Below are positions 1 through 9,957 of a DNA stretch of 64,000 nucleotides, piece by piece. The first letter of the stretch is position 1. The number at the start of each line of letters is the position of its first letter. Under the pieces are notes generated by a model that was given only the letters and a program-made list of their open reading frames with translations, searched no databases and was not told the DNA's origin. The DNA comes from Gammaproteobacteria bacterium (GTDB lineage: Bacteria; Pseudomonadota; Gammaproteobacteria; UBA4575): positions 384,001 to 448,000 of the forward strand of contig CBDEUS010000001.1 of NCBI GenBank assembly GCA_965243395.1. Reading direction: 5' to 3'. A program made the position numbers and the translations under genes.

Positions 1-483
1 AAAGTGCGAACCGGGCGTGCCAATGCACGTTTGCTTGATCATGTAATGGTTGAATACTACGGTAATAAAGTTCCAATTAATCAGGCAGCTACTGTTGCGG
101 TAGAAGATGCACGTACGATTGCGGTTACACCTTGGGAAAATTCTATAGTACCAGATGTTGAAAAAGCCATAATAAGTTCCGATTTGGGTTTGAATCCTAC
201 AACTGCTGGAAATGTAATTAGAATTACGATGCCACCTTTAACGGAGGAGCGACGTAAAGATCTAGTAAAAGTAGTCAAATCAGAGGCAGAAAAAGGGCGT
301 ATCGCTATACGCAATATTCGACGTGATGCAAATGCTGATTTTAAAGAGCTTTTGAAAGAAAAAGAAATTTCTCAAGATGAAGATCATCAAGCACAGGATG
401 AAATTCAAAAGCTTACGGATAAGTTCATTTCTGAAATCGAAACTATCTTAGTGCAAAAAGAAAAAGATTTAATGGAAGTTTAG
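1..483 (+). CDS. frr: Ribosome recycling factor (5' end outside window)
   Basis: [19 protein letters not shown] and IRNIRRDAN motifs; upstream of uppS. Confidence 0.97.
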   Translation, partial: KVRTGRANARLLDHVMVEYYGNKVPINQAATVAVEDARTIAVTPWENSIVPDVEKAIISSDLGLNPTTAGNVIRITMPPLTEERRKDLVKVVKSEAEKGRIAIRNIRRDANADFKELLKEKEISQDEDHQAQDEIQKLTDKFISEIETILVQKEKDLMEV

Positions 484-543
484 TTTTTGTTCTCAAAACC
501 TTACTTCATAAAATATTTTTTGCCATTCCAATACTTTCTCTAA

Positions 544-1272
544 ATGTCTGAAGATCTTGTCCCAGCCCATGTTGCGATTATCATGGATGGTAATGGTAGA
601 TGGGCAAAGCAGCGTAAACTACCCAGAACCGCAGGGCATAAAGAGGGTGTTAAGGCAACACAAGAAATTATTAAAGCGAGTGGTGAGGCGGGGGTTAAAT
701 ACTTGACTTTATTTGCATTTAGTAGTGAAAACTGGGATAGGCCTAAAAATGAAGTCACAGCATTGATGGATCTGTTTTTACGTTCGCTCGAGAATGAAGC
801 ACAAAATTTAGCTGATAATGGAGTGCGACTTAAATTTCTAGGTCAGGTAGATGCATTTTCACAAAAACTTTTTGATCAAATGCAAAGAGCTGAGCAACTA
901 ACAGAAAATAATGACAAACTATATTTAAATATAGCGGTGAACTATGGAGGCAAGTGGGATATTTGCCAAGCCGCTAAATCTGTAGCCGAAGAGTATAAAA
1001 AAGGTACGCTCTCATTGTCTGACATTAATGAGGCTAAATTTGAATCAAGATTGGTAACTAATGATATGCCTGCTCCAGATTTATTCATTCGAACAGGTGG
1101 AGAAACGCGCATAAGTAATTTTTTATTATGGCAACTTGCTTATACAGAGCTCTATTTTAGTGAAGTATTGTGGCCTGAATTTACATCTGGAGAATTAAAT
1201 AAAGCGTTTGAGGCATACCGATCTAGACATAGAAGATTTGGTAAAACGCAAGAACAATTATTAAAGCAATAA
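544..1272 (+). CDS. uppS: Undecaprenyl diphosphate synthase
   Basis: HVAIIMDGNGRWA, FSSENW and IRTGGETRISNFLLWQ motifs. Confidence 0.97.
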   Translation: MSEDLVPAHVAIIMDGNGRWAKQRKLPRTAGHKEGVKATQEIIKASGEAGVKYLTLFAFSSENWDRPKNEVTALMDLFLRSLENEAQNLADNGVRLKFLGQVDAFSQKLFDQMQRAEQLTENNDKLYLNIAVNYGGKWDICQAAKSVAEEYKKGTLSLSDINEAKFESRLVTNDMPAPDLFIRTGGETRISNFLLWQLAYTELYFSEVLWPEFTSGELNKAFEAYRSRHRRFGKTQEQLLKQ

Positions 1273-1273
1273 G

Positions 1274-2080
1274 ATGTTAAAAAAAAGAATTATTACAGCA
1301 CTAGTATTGGCGCCACTAATTATTCTAGCAATTTTTAAGTTAACTAATGATCAGCTAGCAGTACTTTTTGCGTTTATTACTTTAGTCGGTGCATGGGAAT
1401 GGTCTAATTTAATTGGCCTTACTCATGTTGTAAAAAAAATAATATATGTTTTTTTAATTACAATATCGATTTTGGCAGTTTGGATATTTATTTATGATCA
1501 ACATGAATTAGTATTTTTTTCTATTGTTGGAGTTTGGTGGGTAGTATTATTATTTGCGCTTATGGCATATAAATCTGAATGGCTGAAATCAAAGTTTTTA
1601 GAAAAGATTTTAATGTTATCGGCGTTTATCGTTTTAGTTCCAGCGTGGTTGGGGCTTGTTAAGTTGCATGAATACGGTATTTCAATGTTATTGTTTTTTC
1701 TGGTAATCATATGGGCCGCTGATATTGCAGCCTACTTTGTAGGTAAAAAATTTGGTAAAAATAAATTGGCTCCAGAGCTAAGTCCAGGTAAATCACGTGA
1801 AGGATTAGCTGGAGCACTTTTAGCAGCAGTATTGATTGCTTATATTGGAATTGAGTTATTTTCGCTCGATCAAAATACATGGGTTTTATTCATAACTTTA
1901 TGTGTCTTTGTCGCACTAATATCCGTTGTTGGTGATTTGTATGAGAGCTTGTTAAAACGCAGTGCTGGAGTAAAAGATAGTGGTAAAATTCTACCTGGAC
2001 ATGGAGGTGTGCTTGACCGAATAGATAGTATTACTGCTGCTGCACCTATTTATGTGCTGGGTCTAATATGGGTGCTTTAA
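1274..2080 (+). CDS. cdsA: Phosphatidate cytidylyltransferase
   Basis: SPGKSREG and KDSGKILPGHGGVLDRIDS signatures; hydrophobic. Confidence 0.96.
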   Translation: MLKKRIITALVLAPLIILAIFKLTNDQLAVLFAFITLVGAWEWSNLIGLTHVVKKIIYVFLITISILAVWIFIYDQHELVFFSIVGVWWVVLLFALMAYKSEWLKSKFLEKILMLSAFIVLVPAWLGLVKLHEYGISMLLFFLVIIWAADIAAYFVGKKFGKNKLAPELSPGKSREGLAGALLAAVLIAYIGIELFSLDQNTWVLFITLCVFVALISVVGDLYESLLKRSAGVKDSGKILPGHGGVLDRIDSITAAAPIYVLGLIWVL

Positions 2081-2105
2081 TTCTAAAATAGGTTAATTGA
2101 TTGAC

Positions 2106-3287
2106 ATGAAGCGGGTATCAATTTTAGGTGCAACAGGCTCCGTAGGTGTGAACACATTAGATGTAATTGCACATCATCCAGAATTATTTTCCGTTGTTGC
2201 TCTCACAACAAATAAAAATATTGATCTCCTATATGACCAATGTATGAAGTTTCGTCCTGAACTTGTTGTAGTTGTGGACGAGGACTGTGCAAACCAATTT
2301 TTTGCAAAATTTAAACAAAACGCGGATGACTACACACCTCACATCGAGACGGGCAGAAAAGGTCTTGAGGTTGCTGCTAGCTTGGAAGATAGCGAGTGCG
2401 TAGTGGCTGCGATAGTGGGTGCTGCAGGTTTACCCGCGACTTTAGCGGCGGCACAAGCTGGCAAGCATATTTTACTTGCTAATAAAGAGTCCTTGGTAAT
2501 GTCTGGGGATTTGCTTATGAAAGAGGCCAGGCAAAATAACTCTCAGATTTTACCTATTGATAGTGAACATAATGCTGTATTTCAATGTCTACCAATTAAC
2601 AAAGACCAGTGTGATATAGAAAAAATTATCCTTACGGCATCGGGTGGGCCATTTTTAGGAAAGTCCCTAACAGAATTTAAAAATATTACGCCAGAGCAGG
2701 CTTGCGCACATCCTAATTGGGAAATGGGTAAAAAGATTTCGGTTGATTCAGCAACCATGATGAATAAAGGTCTTGAGTTGATAGAAGCTTGTAAGTTATT
2801 TGATGTTAATGTGAAAGATGTAGAAATTGTGATTCATCCTCAATCAATTGTGCATTCCATGGTTGCTTATCCAGATGGTTCTGTATTGGCGCATATGGCG
2901 TATCCAGATATGCGGGTACCAATAGCACATGCTTTAGCTTGGCCTAAACGAATTGTATCAGGTGTAAAGATGCTAAATCTTACAGAGCTTAGTGCTTTAG
3001 AATTTTTTAAACCCGATTTTAATCGTTTTCCTTGTTTACAACTTGCCTATGATGCATTGCATGCAGAACAAAGTGCAACTACAGCGTTGAATGCAGCAAA
3101 CGAAGTTGCTGTAGATTCTTTTTTAAATCAAAAAATTCGCTTTACGGATATCGCTCCTGTAATTGATGCAACATTACAGGATATTGATCATGTGGAAATT
3201 GACGAGCTAGATGTAATTTTTGAAAAAGATAAACAAGCACGCAAGTATGCAGAACGATTTATTCGTGACTCTTTAGTAAGGCATTAA
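2106..3287 (+). CDS. dxr: 1-deoxy-D-xylulose-5-phosphate reductoisomerase
   Basis: LGATGSVG, LANKESLV, PIDSEH and HPNWEMGKKISVDSATMMNKG; ATG at 2106 preferred over TTG at 2097. Confidence 0.96.
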   Translation: MKRVSILGATGSVGVNTLDVIAHHPELFSVVALTTNKNIDLLYDQCMKFRPELVVVVDEDCANQFFAKFKQNADDYTPHIETGRKGLEVAASLEDSECVVAAIVGAAGLPATLAAAQAGKHILLANKESLVMSGDLLMKEARQNNSQILPIDSEHNAVFQCLPINKDQCDIEKIILTASGGPFLGKSLTEFKNITPEQACAHPNWEMGKKISVDSATMMNKGLELIEACKLFDVNVKDVEIVIHPQSIVHSMVAYPDGSVLAHMAYPDMRVPIAHALAWPKRIVSGVKMLNLTELSALEFFKPDFNRFPCLQLAYDALHAEQSATTALNAANEVAVDSFLNQKIRFTDIAPVIDATLQDIDHVEIDELDVIFEKDKQARKYAERFIRDSLVRH

Positions 3288-3292
3288 TCAAT

Positions 3293-4651
3293 ATGCAATT
3301 TCTCACTTATGTATTAGCTTTTATAGTTGCTGTAGGCATTATTGTAACAGTTCACGAGTTTGGTCATTATTGGGTGGCGAAAAAGTTAGGAGTGAAAGTG
3401 TTACGCTTTTCGGTTGGATTTGGCAAGCCTCTTTTTACTAGATTGTCAGGCCCAGATAAAACAGAGTATGTTTTAGCGAGTATTCCTCTTGGTGGCTATG
3501 TAAAAATGCTTGATGAACGAGAGGGTGATGTTGAGGAACATGAGTTACCACGCGCTTTTAATCGTCAGAATGTTTGGAAGCGTTTTGCAATAGTATCGGC
3601 TGGCCCTATTTTCAATTTTCTGTTTGCAGTTTTTGCTTATTGGTTGACATTTGTATCAGGTGTTGAAGGTGTTAAACCAACTATTGGTGAAATAGAAGCT
3701 GAAAGTATTGCTTATGTTGCTCAAATAGAACCTCAAGATACATTCACACATATTGAAGATGTCCCTGTGAAAACTTGGCAGCAGACTTCTATCCAAATGC
3801 TTAACAGTGCATTAAAAAATGGTAATGTGAATGCGACATTGATGCGTCAAGATTCCTCCCAAAAAGTTGTTAAATTGGATTTAACAGATACTAAACATTT
3901 GTTATCAGAAGGTAATCTATTAGAAAAAATAGGTATCACTCCATGGCGTTATCAATACCAAGCCATTTTCGGGGAAATTACGCCTGGCGTAGCAAAATCC
4001 GCAGGTGTGCAGTATGGAGATAAAGTTCTTAGCGTTGATGAAAAACCTGTCTCCACCTGGGTTGAACTGGTGACCTACATTCAAGCCCGTCCCGATGTAG
4101 AAATTGATCTTAAATTATTAAGAGATGATGAAACTGTAAATGTAAAAATTACCCCTAAATCTGAGAGACAAGATGGGAAAGTAGTGGGTCGAATTGGCGC
4201 ATATCCTTATGTTGATCAAGAACAATTTGCCGCACAAAAAGTAGTGGTTCGTTACGGGTTTGTAGAGTCTATAGGGAAGGGATTGGTCAAAACCTGGGAA
4301 GTATCGATTTTAACGCTAAAATTACTCTGGAAGCTTATAGTAGGGGAGGCCTCATTAAAAAATATAAGTGGTCCAGTCACGATTGCCGAATATGCAGGTG
4401 TATCGGCCGCCATTGGTTTTTCTGCGTTTGTGGGAGCCCTAGCGATAATTAGTATCAGTATAGGTATACTTAATTTATTGCCAATACCAGTACTGGATGG
4501 AGGGCACCTATTTTACTATTTAATAGAAATAGTCAAAGGTAGTCCTGTCTCGGAGAAATTTGAGGCTGCTGGGCAAAGAGTGGGAATTCTTATGTTGGCT
4601 GGACTAATGGGTCTTGCTTTCTACAATGATATTTACCGCTTGCTACAATAA
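3293..4651 (+). CDS. rseP: Regulated intramembrane metalloprotease RseP
   Basis: HEFGH zinc motif, NLLPIPVLDGGH, PDZ-like middle region; synteny. Confidence 0.96.
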   Translation: MQFLTYVLAFIVAVGIIVTVHEFGHYWVAKKLGVKVLRFSVGFGKPLFTRLSGPDKTEYVLASIPLGGYVKMLDEREGDVEEHELPRAFNRQNVWKRFAIVSAGPIFNFLFAVFAYWLTFVSGVEGVKPTIGEIEAESIAYVAQIEPQDTFTHIEDVPVKTWQQTSIQMLNSALKNGNVNATLMRQDSSQKVVKLDLTDTKHLLSEGNLLEKIGITPWRYQYQAIFGEITPGVAKSAGVQYGDKVLSVDEKPVSTWVELVTYIQARPDVEIDLKLLRDDETVNVKITPKSERQDGKVVGRIGAYPYVDQEQFAAQKVVVRYGFVESIGKGLVKTWEVSILTLKLLWKLIVGEASLKNISGPVTIAEYAGVSAAIGFSAFVGALAIISISIGILNLLPIPVLDGGHLFYYLIEIVKGSPVSEKFEAAGQRVGILMLAGLMGLAFYNDIYRLLQ

Positions 4652-4677
4652 ATAAAATTAGAAATAAAAAATATAAC

Positions 4678-6966
4678 ATGGAGTCAATTCTAACCAAGCA
4701 ATTCTTGCTTGTTTGTATTTTAATATTTTTCTCTTCTTCGCTATTTGCTGAGACGTTTCGTTTGCAAGATATTCAAGTTGAAGGACTTGAGCGAATAGAA
4801 GCCGGCACTGTATTTACTTATTTACCGGTAAAAGTGGGTGATGAAGTAGATGAAAATGCTACTGCAAGGATAGCAAGAGAGCTTTATAAATCAGGTTTTT
4901 TTGACGACATACAATTACGTCGTGAAGGAAATATATTAGTTGTTTCAGTGAAAGAAAAACCGGCAATAGCAAGCTTGAGTTTTGATGGCAATAAGATTCT
5001 AGATGATGAACAACTTACAGAAATATTGACTAATGTGGGAATTGCTAGTGGAAGAGTGTTTAATCGTTCGGTTCTCGAAAGGCTTGAGAATGAGTTAATT
5101 CAACAATATTTTGCTTTTGGTAAATACAGCGTGAGTATTGATACACAAATAAAAGAATTAGAACGAAATCGTGTCGATATAGGAATACAAATAATTGAAG
5201 GCGATGCCGCAAAAATTAAGCAAGTCAAAATTGTTGGGAATACAGTTTTTGAGGAAGAGGAACTGACTGATGATTTTGAATCGGGTCTCAAACCTTGGTA
5301 CAAGTTTTGGGGAACACGCGATCGTTATGCAAAACAAAAATTACAGGGTGATATTGAATCCCTTCGATCACAATATCTAAATGAAGGTTATTTGAAATTT
5401 GATGTCACTTCTACTCAAGTATCTATCAGTCCTAATAAGGAAGATATATTTATTACAATTAATATAAAAGAAGGAGAGCAGTACACTATTGAAAGTATTG
5501 CGTTTGCAGGCAAGTACATTCTCTCAGAAGATGAGATTAGATCGCTAGTTAATCTTAATAAAGGAGATGTTTTTTCGCGCGCCAGAATTGTAAATTCTAA
5601 TGATAGTATTACCCGCAAGCTTGGTGATTTGGGTTATGCATTTCCAAATATTAATGCTGTTCCAGAAATTAACGAAGAAGAAAAAAAAGTAGATTTAACT
5701 TTTTTTATTGATCCTGGAAAAAGAGTATATGTCCGTAGAATAAATTTCACTGGTCATAAAACTACGCGCGATGAAGTATATAGAAGAGAGCTTAGGCAAA
5801 TGGAAGGAGGATGGTATTCGCAAACAAATGTAGAAGCATCACGACGTAGAATAGAAAGGCTTTCATATGTAGAAACTATAGAAGTCAATACTCGAAGAAT
5901 TCCAGGTGTTGATGATTTTATAGATTTAGATATAGAAGTAGTAGAACGATTAGCTGGCAGCTTTAACATCGGTGCCGGGCTCTCTGATAGTCAGGGTGCG
6001 GTGGTAACTACTAGTGTTAGTCAGGAAAATTTTCTTGGTAGTGGGAAAACCGTTTCGTTTCGTATAAACACAAGTAAAGTAAATACGATTTATGATTTTA
6101 ACTACACTGATCCTTATTACACGATCGATGGTGTAAGTCGAGGTTTTGGAGCTTCTTTTGTATCAACTGAAGCGAGTGAGGCAGATATATCTGATTTTGA
6201 TTCTGATCAATATGCAGTGAGGGTGAACTATGGTATTCCGTTAACTGATAATGATCGTATAGGCGCTACTCTACAATTAAGGCACACTGAAATTAGGAGG
6301 ACTGGTAATACGCCTGTTGAAGTATTGGATTTTCTGGAAGATAACGGTGATGTGTTTGATAATCTCACATTAAATACAAATTTTGTGCATGATACCCGCA
6401 ACCGCAGTTTATTTCCTAACAAAGGTAATCGCCAGACTATCGCTCTAGAATTCTCAGTTCCAGGGAGTGATCTGGAGTTTTATAAATTGACGTATGAAAA
6501 TGCGTTTTATTATCCACTCGGGGAGCTATTTACTCTGTCGTTGGGAAGTGAAATCGGTTATGGTGATCGTTACGGTAGTACATCGGATTTGCCTTTTTTC
6601 GAGAAATTCAGAGCCGGGGGGTTTGATTCTGTAAGAGGTTATGAAAGCAATAGCTTAGGTCCGCGAGATTCTTTTGATGATTCATTTGGTGGAAACTTTT
6701 TAACTACAGCGAGAGCACAAATTTTATTCCCACCTCCATTTGTTGAGAATAAGAATAGAGCTCGTTTGGCATTGTTTGTAGATGTTGGAAATGTGTTTGA
6801 AGAATATGATGATTTTGATACTAGCGATATTCGTGGATCTTTCGGGCTTGGTTTAAGCTGGGTCACGGGATTAGGAGGTATCAGTGCAGCACTTGCTTCG
6901 ACTTTCAATGATCAATCTGGAGATGATACAGAGACATTTCAGTTTAATTTAGGGACGAGTTTTTAG
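4678..6966 (+). CDS. bamA: Outer membrane protein assembly factor BamA
   Basis: Signal peptide, POTRA repeats (GLERIE, YKSGFF), VRGY motif, C-terminal FQFNLGTSF. Confidence 0.96.
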   Translation: MESILTKQFLLVCILIFFSSSLFAETFRLQDIQVEGLERIEAGTVFTYLPVKVGDEVDENATARIARELYKSGFFDDIQLRREGNILVVSVKEKPAIASLSFDGNKILDDEQLTEILTNVGIASGRVFNRSVLERLENELIQQYFAFGKYSVSIDTQIKELERNRVDIGIQIIEGDAAKIKQVKIVGNTVFEEEELTDDFESGLKPWYKFWGTRDRYAKQKLQGDIESLRSQYLNEGYLKFDVTSTQVSISPNKEDIFITINIKEGEQYTIESIAFAGKYILSEDEIRSLVNLNKGDVFSRARIVNSNDSITRKLGDLGYAFPNINAVPEINEEEKKVDLTFFIDPGKRVYVRRINFTGHKTTRDEVYRRELRQMEGGWYSQTNVEASRRRIERLSYVETIEVNTRRIPGVDDFIDLDIEVVERLAGSFNIGAGLSDSQGAVVTTSVSQENFLGSGKTVSFRINTSKVNTIYDFNYTDPYYTIDGVSRGFGASFVSTEASEADISDFDSDQYAVRVNYGIPLTDNDRIGATLQLRHTEIRRTGNTPVEVLDFLEDNGDVFDNLTLNTNFVHDTRNRSLFPNKGNRQTIALEFSVPGSDLEFYKLTYENAFYYPLGELFTLSLGSEIGYGDRYGSTSDLPFFEKFRAGGFDSVRGYESNSLGPRDSFDDSFGGNFLTTARAQILFPPPFVENKNRARLALFVDVGNVFEEYDDFDTSDIRGSFGLGLSWVTGLGGISAALASTFNDQSGDDTETFQFNLGTSF

Positions 6967-6985
6967 CTTAGGAGTAACCGTAAGG

Positions 6986-7489
6986 ATGATTAATTTAATA
7001 TCAAAGATCATAGCAGTTGTATTAGTTTTGCTGCCTACGTTAGTAATGGCAGAAACTAAGATTGGTTTCGTCAATATGGTCGAGCTAATGGAAAAATCAC
7101 CGCAAGCCGAATTAGCGCGCAAAGGTTTAGAGGAAGAATTTTCAGGTCGTGATAAAAAGTTAACAGCAGCGCGTGATGAGGTTCTAAAGCTTGAAGAGAC
7201 TTTAAAAAATGACGGACCTATCATGAGTGATGCAAAGCGCTCGGAGCTTGAAAAGAAAATTTTAAATAGCAAACGAGAATATAATCGACAGCAAGATGAA
7301 TTAAGAGAAGACTTTAATATCCGAAGGAATGAAGAGTTGGGTAAATTGCAGAAAAAAGTTCATGAAATAATTATCATTGTTGCAAAAGCAGAAAGCTATG
7401 ATCTTGTGGTCACGCAACCGGTGCTATATGCCAGTGAGCGAATTGATTTGACTGCACGTGTTTTAGAAGAAATGAAAAAGCCTCAATAA
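6986..7489 (+). CDS. skp: Periplasmic chaperone Skp/OmpH
   Basis: Signal peptide, KIGFVN, coiled coil, YDLV...VLYAS...DLT; follows bamA. Confidence 0.92.
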   Translation: MINLISKIIAVVLVLLPTLVMAETKIGFVNMVELMEKSPQAELARKGLEEEFSGRDKKLTAARDEVLKLEETLKNDGPIMSDAKRSELEKKILNSKREYNRQQDELREDFNIRRNEELGKLQKKVHEIIIIVAKAESYDLVVTQPVLYASERIDLTARVLEEMKKPQ

Positions 7490-7516
7490 CCATATAAGCG
7501 AGTAAATTTATTTATA

Positions 7517-7969
7517 ATGGTCGAGATGAGTATTCATGATATTTTAAAATATCTTCCTCACCGTTACCCATTTCTGCTGGTTGATCGTGTTTTAGAATGC
7601 GATATTGGCCAATCTATTTTAGCAATTAAAAATGTCAGTTTTAATGAACCTTTTTTCCAAGGTCATTTCCCCGCTGCGCCGGTAATGCCAGGAGTTCTTA
7701 TACTTGAAGCACTTGCTCAAGCTTCCGGTTTATTAGCTTTAAGTAATCCTGAATGGCGCCCCGATGATGAGAGCTTGTATTTGTTTGTTGGAATTGATAA
7801 GGCACGATTTAAACGTCAAGTAGGTCCAGGCGATCAGCTAACGTTGGATGTTCGATTAAAAAGACATAAAAGAGGTTACGGAGTATTTGAGGCGGTGGCA
7901 TTGGTTGGCGATGAAGTAGCAGCTAGTGCCGAATTAATGTGCGTATTCAAAGAAGTTGAAACCGGTTAA
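7517..7969 (+). CDS. fabZ: 3-hydroxyacyl-ACP dehydratase FabZ
   Basis: [13 protein letters not shown] and FQGHFP...[12 protein letters not shown]. Confidence 0.97.
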   Translation: MVEMSIHDILKYLPHRYPFLLVDRVLECDIGQSILAIKNVSFNEPFFQGHFPAAPVMPGVLILEALAQASGLLALSNPEWRPDDESLYLFVGIDKARFKRQVGPGDQLTLDVRLKRHKRGYGVFEAVALVGDEVAASAELMCVFKEVETG

Positions 7970-7977
7970 TTCAAGTC

Positions 7978-8784
7978 ATGCAGAATATTTCAGAGAAGAT
8001 TGGTGAATTTACTGGGATTCATCCCACGGCGATTATCGATCCAAAAGCGGAGATAGATTCGAGTGTTTCAATTGGAGCATACAGTATTGTTGGTGCTCAG
8101 GTAAAAATTGCAAGAAACACAATAATTGGTCCACATGTAGTTTTAAGTGGCCCAACTACAATTGGTAAAAATAATCGCATATTTCAATTTTCCTCAATTG
8201 GCGAGATCCCGCAAGATAAAAAATATCATGGTGAAAATAGTGAGCTGATAATTGGTGAAGGTAACACTATTCGTGAGTATGTAACCATAAACCGCGGTAC
8301 TGAAGAAGATCAGGGATTTACAAAAATTGGTAATCGAAATTGGATTATGGCGTATGTACATATTGCACATGACTGTAATGTTAACAATGACATTACTTTT
8401 GCAAATGGTGCAACTTTAGCCGGTCATGTAACCGTAGAAGACTTTGCGATACTTGGTGGCTTTACTTTAGTTCACCAATTTTGTCATATTGGTGAGCATG
8501 CTTTTTGCGCAATGGGAACAGCATTAAATCGTGATTTACCTCCTTATGTTATGGCATCCGGTAATTATGCAAGTTCACATGGTTTGAATAAAGAAGGCCT
8601 AAAACGCAGAGGATTTTCAGATGAATGCATTCAAGCTCTACACAAATCCTACAAGTTATTAATACGTAATAAGAATTCGAGAAGTGAGAGTCTAGCTGAA
8701 GTTGAAAAACTCGCGGCTAATTTTCCTGAAGTTGAGAAGTTTAAAAATTTTATTGCATCAAGTAAGCGAGGAATTGTGCAATAG
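7978..8784 (+). CDS. lpxA: UDP-GlcNAc (or GlcNAc3N) acyltransferase LpxA
   Basis: Hexapeptide repeats, PQDKKY, HIAHDC, LAGHV, HQFC and GLKRRGF. Confidence 0.96.
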   Translation: MQNISEKIGEFTGIHPTAIIDPKAEIDSSVSIGAYSIVGAQVKIARNTIIGPHVVLSGPTTIGKNNRIFQFSSIGEIPQDKKYHGENSELIIGEGNTIREYVTINRGTEEDQGFTKIGNRNWIMAYVHIAHDCNVNNDITFANGATLAGHVTVEDFAILGGFTLVHQFCHIGEHAFCAMGTALNRDLPPYVMASGNYASSHGLNKEGLKRRGFSDECIQALHKSYKLLIRNKNSRSESLAEVEKLAANFPEVEKFKNFIASSKRGIVQ

Positions 8785-8789
8785 TATTA

Positions 8790-9950
8790 TTATCTTGATG
8801 AAATTAGCTCAACGGCGAGATGTGCAGTAGAGCTTGAACCATCTTTTTTGCCTAGCAATTCTTTAATCTCTGCCATATTTTTCTTCATATCATCAGCATA
8901 GTTTTTATCAGATAATAATTTTTGCAATTCAATAGCTATATTTTCTCCTGTTGCATTGTCTTGAATGAATTCACGAGATATCTCTTTATTAGCAATGACG
9001 TTTGCTATTCCCGCGTAACTGAATTTTACAATTTTTGAAAATATTTTATACGTAATCGAAGAAATCTTGTAAATGATTAGCATAGGAACTTGTAGTAGTG
9101 TAATTTGAAGGGTGACGGTACCGGATGCCGCAGCAATAGCATCACAGGCATTAATAACATTATAAATATCATCATCCGTTGTCATTACTTCTACGTTTGC
9201 TTTAGAAATATAACTTGTGACTAAATCATTAGATAACGTAGATGCTATTGGAGTTATGAATTGCACATCATTTCTATCTTGTAATAAAATTTTCGCAGCA
9301 TCTAAAAGTACCGGGTAATTATTTTCAATTTCGCTTGAGCGGCTGCCTGGAAATAGGCCGATCAGTTTTTTGTCGACGTCAAGTCCTAGTGACTTAATGA
9401 ACTGTAATTTGTCGATTTTCGCTTTTGCATGTTTTATTAGTGGGTGTCCTACATATTCAACAGGAACATGAGCATCACGATAAAATTTTTCTTCAAATGG
9501 AAACACAACAGCCATCATGTCTACATTTTTTTTAATTTCTTTAATACGCCCTTTACGCCAAGCCCAAATCTGTGGACTGATGTAATAAAGAACTTTTACT
9601 CCTGTCTGTTTAGCAGTTTTAGCTAAGGGTAAATTAAAATCTGGTGAATCAATTAAAATCAATAGATCAGGCTGCTGTTGTTTTATGATATATCTAGTTT
9701 TATTTAGAATTTTTTTTAATCTTGGATAGTGTTTTAGCACTTCAACTAAACCAACTACTGAGAGCTCAGAGACATCGGTATATATATCTACACCAGACTT
9801 TTTCATATTTTTTCCACCTATCCCATAGCACCTAATACTCGGAATAATTTTTTTTATCTCGTCTATAACATGCGCACCATGCATGTCACCTGAAGCTTCG
9901 CCAGCAACTATCATTAATGTAGGTGAGTCATTTCCCTTATATTGAAACAT
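8790..9950 (-). CDS. lpxB: Lipid A disaccharide synthase
   Basis: AGEASGD, IDSPDFNL, YISPQIWAWR, VGHPL, PGSRSSE and ASGTVTL. Confidence 0.95.
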   Translation of the reverse strand: MFQYKGNDSPTLMIVAGEASGDMHGAHVIDEIKKIIPSIRCYGIGGKNMKKSGVDIYTDVSELSVVGLVEVLKHYPRLKKILNKTRYIIKQQQPDLLILIDSPDFNLPLAKTAKQTGVKVLYYISPQIWAWRKGRIKEIKKNVDMMAVVFPFEEKFYRDAHVPVEYVGHPLIKHAKAKIDKLQFIKSLGLDVDKKLIGLFPGSRSSEIENNYPVLLDAAKILLQDRNDVQFITPIASTLSNDLVTSYISKANVEVMTTDDDIYNVINACDAIAAASGTVTLQITLLQVPMLIIYKISSITYKIFSKIVKFSYAGIANVIANKEISREFIQDNATGENIAIELQKLLSDKNYADDMKKNMAEIKELLGKKDGSSSTAHLAVELISSR

Positions 9951-9957
9951 GTCTCAA

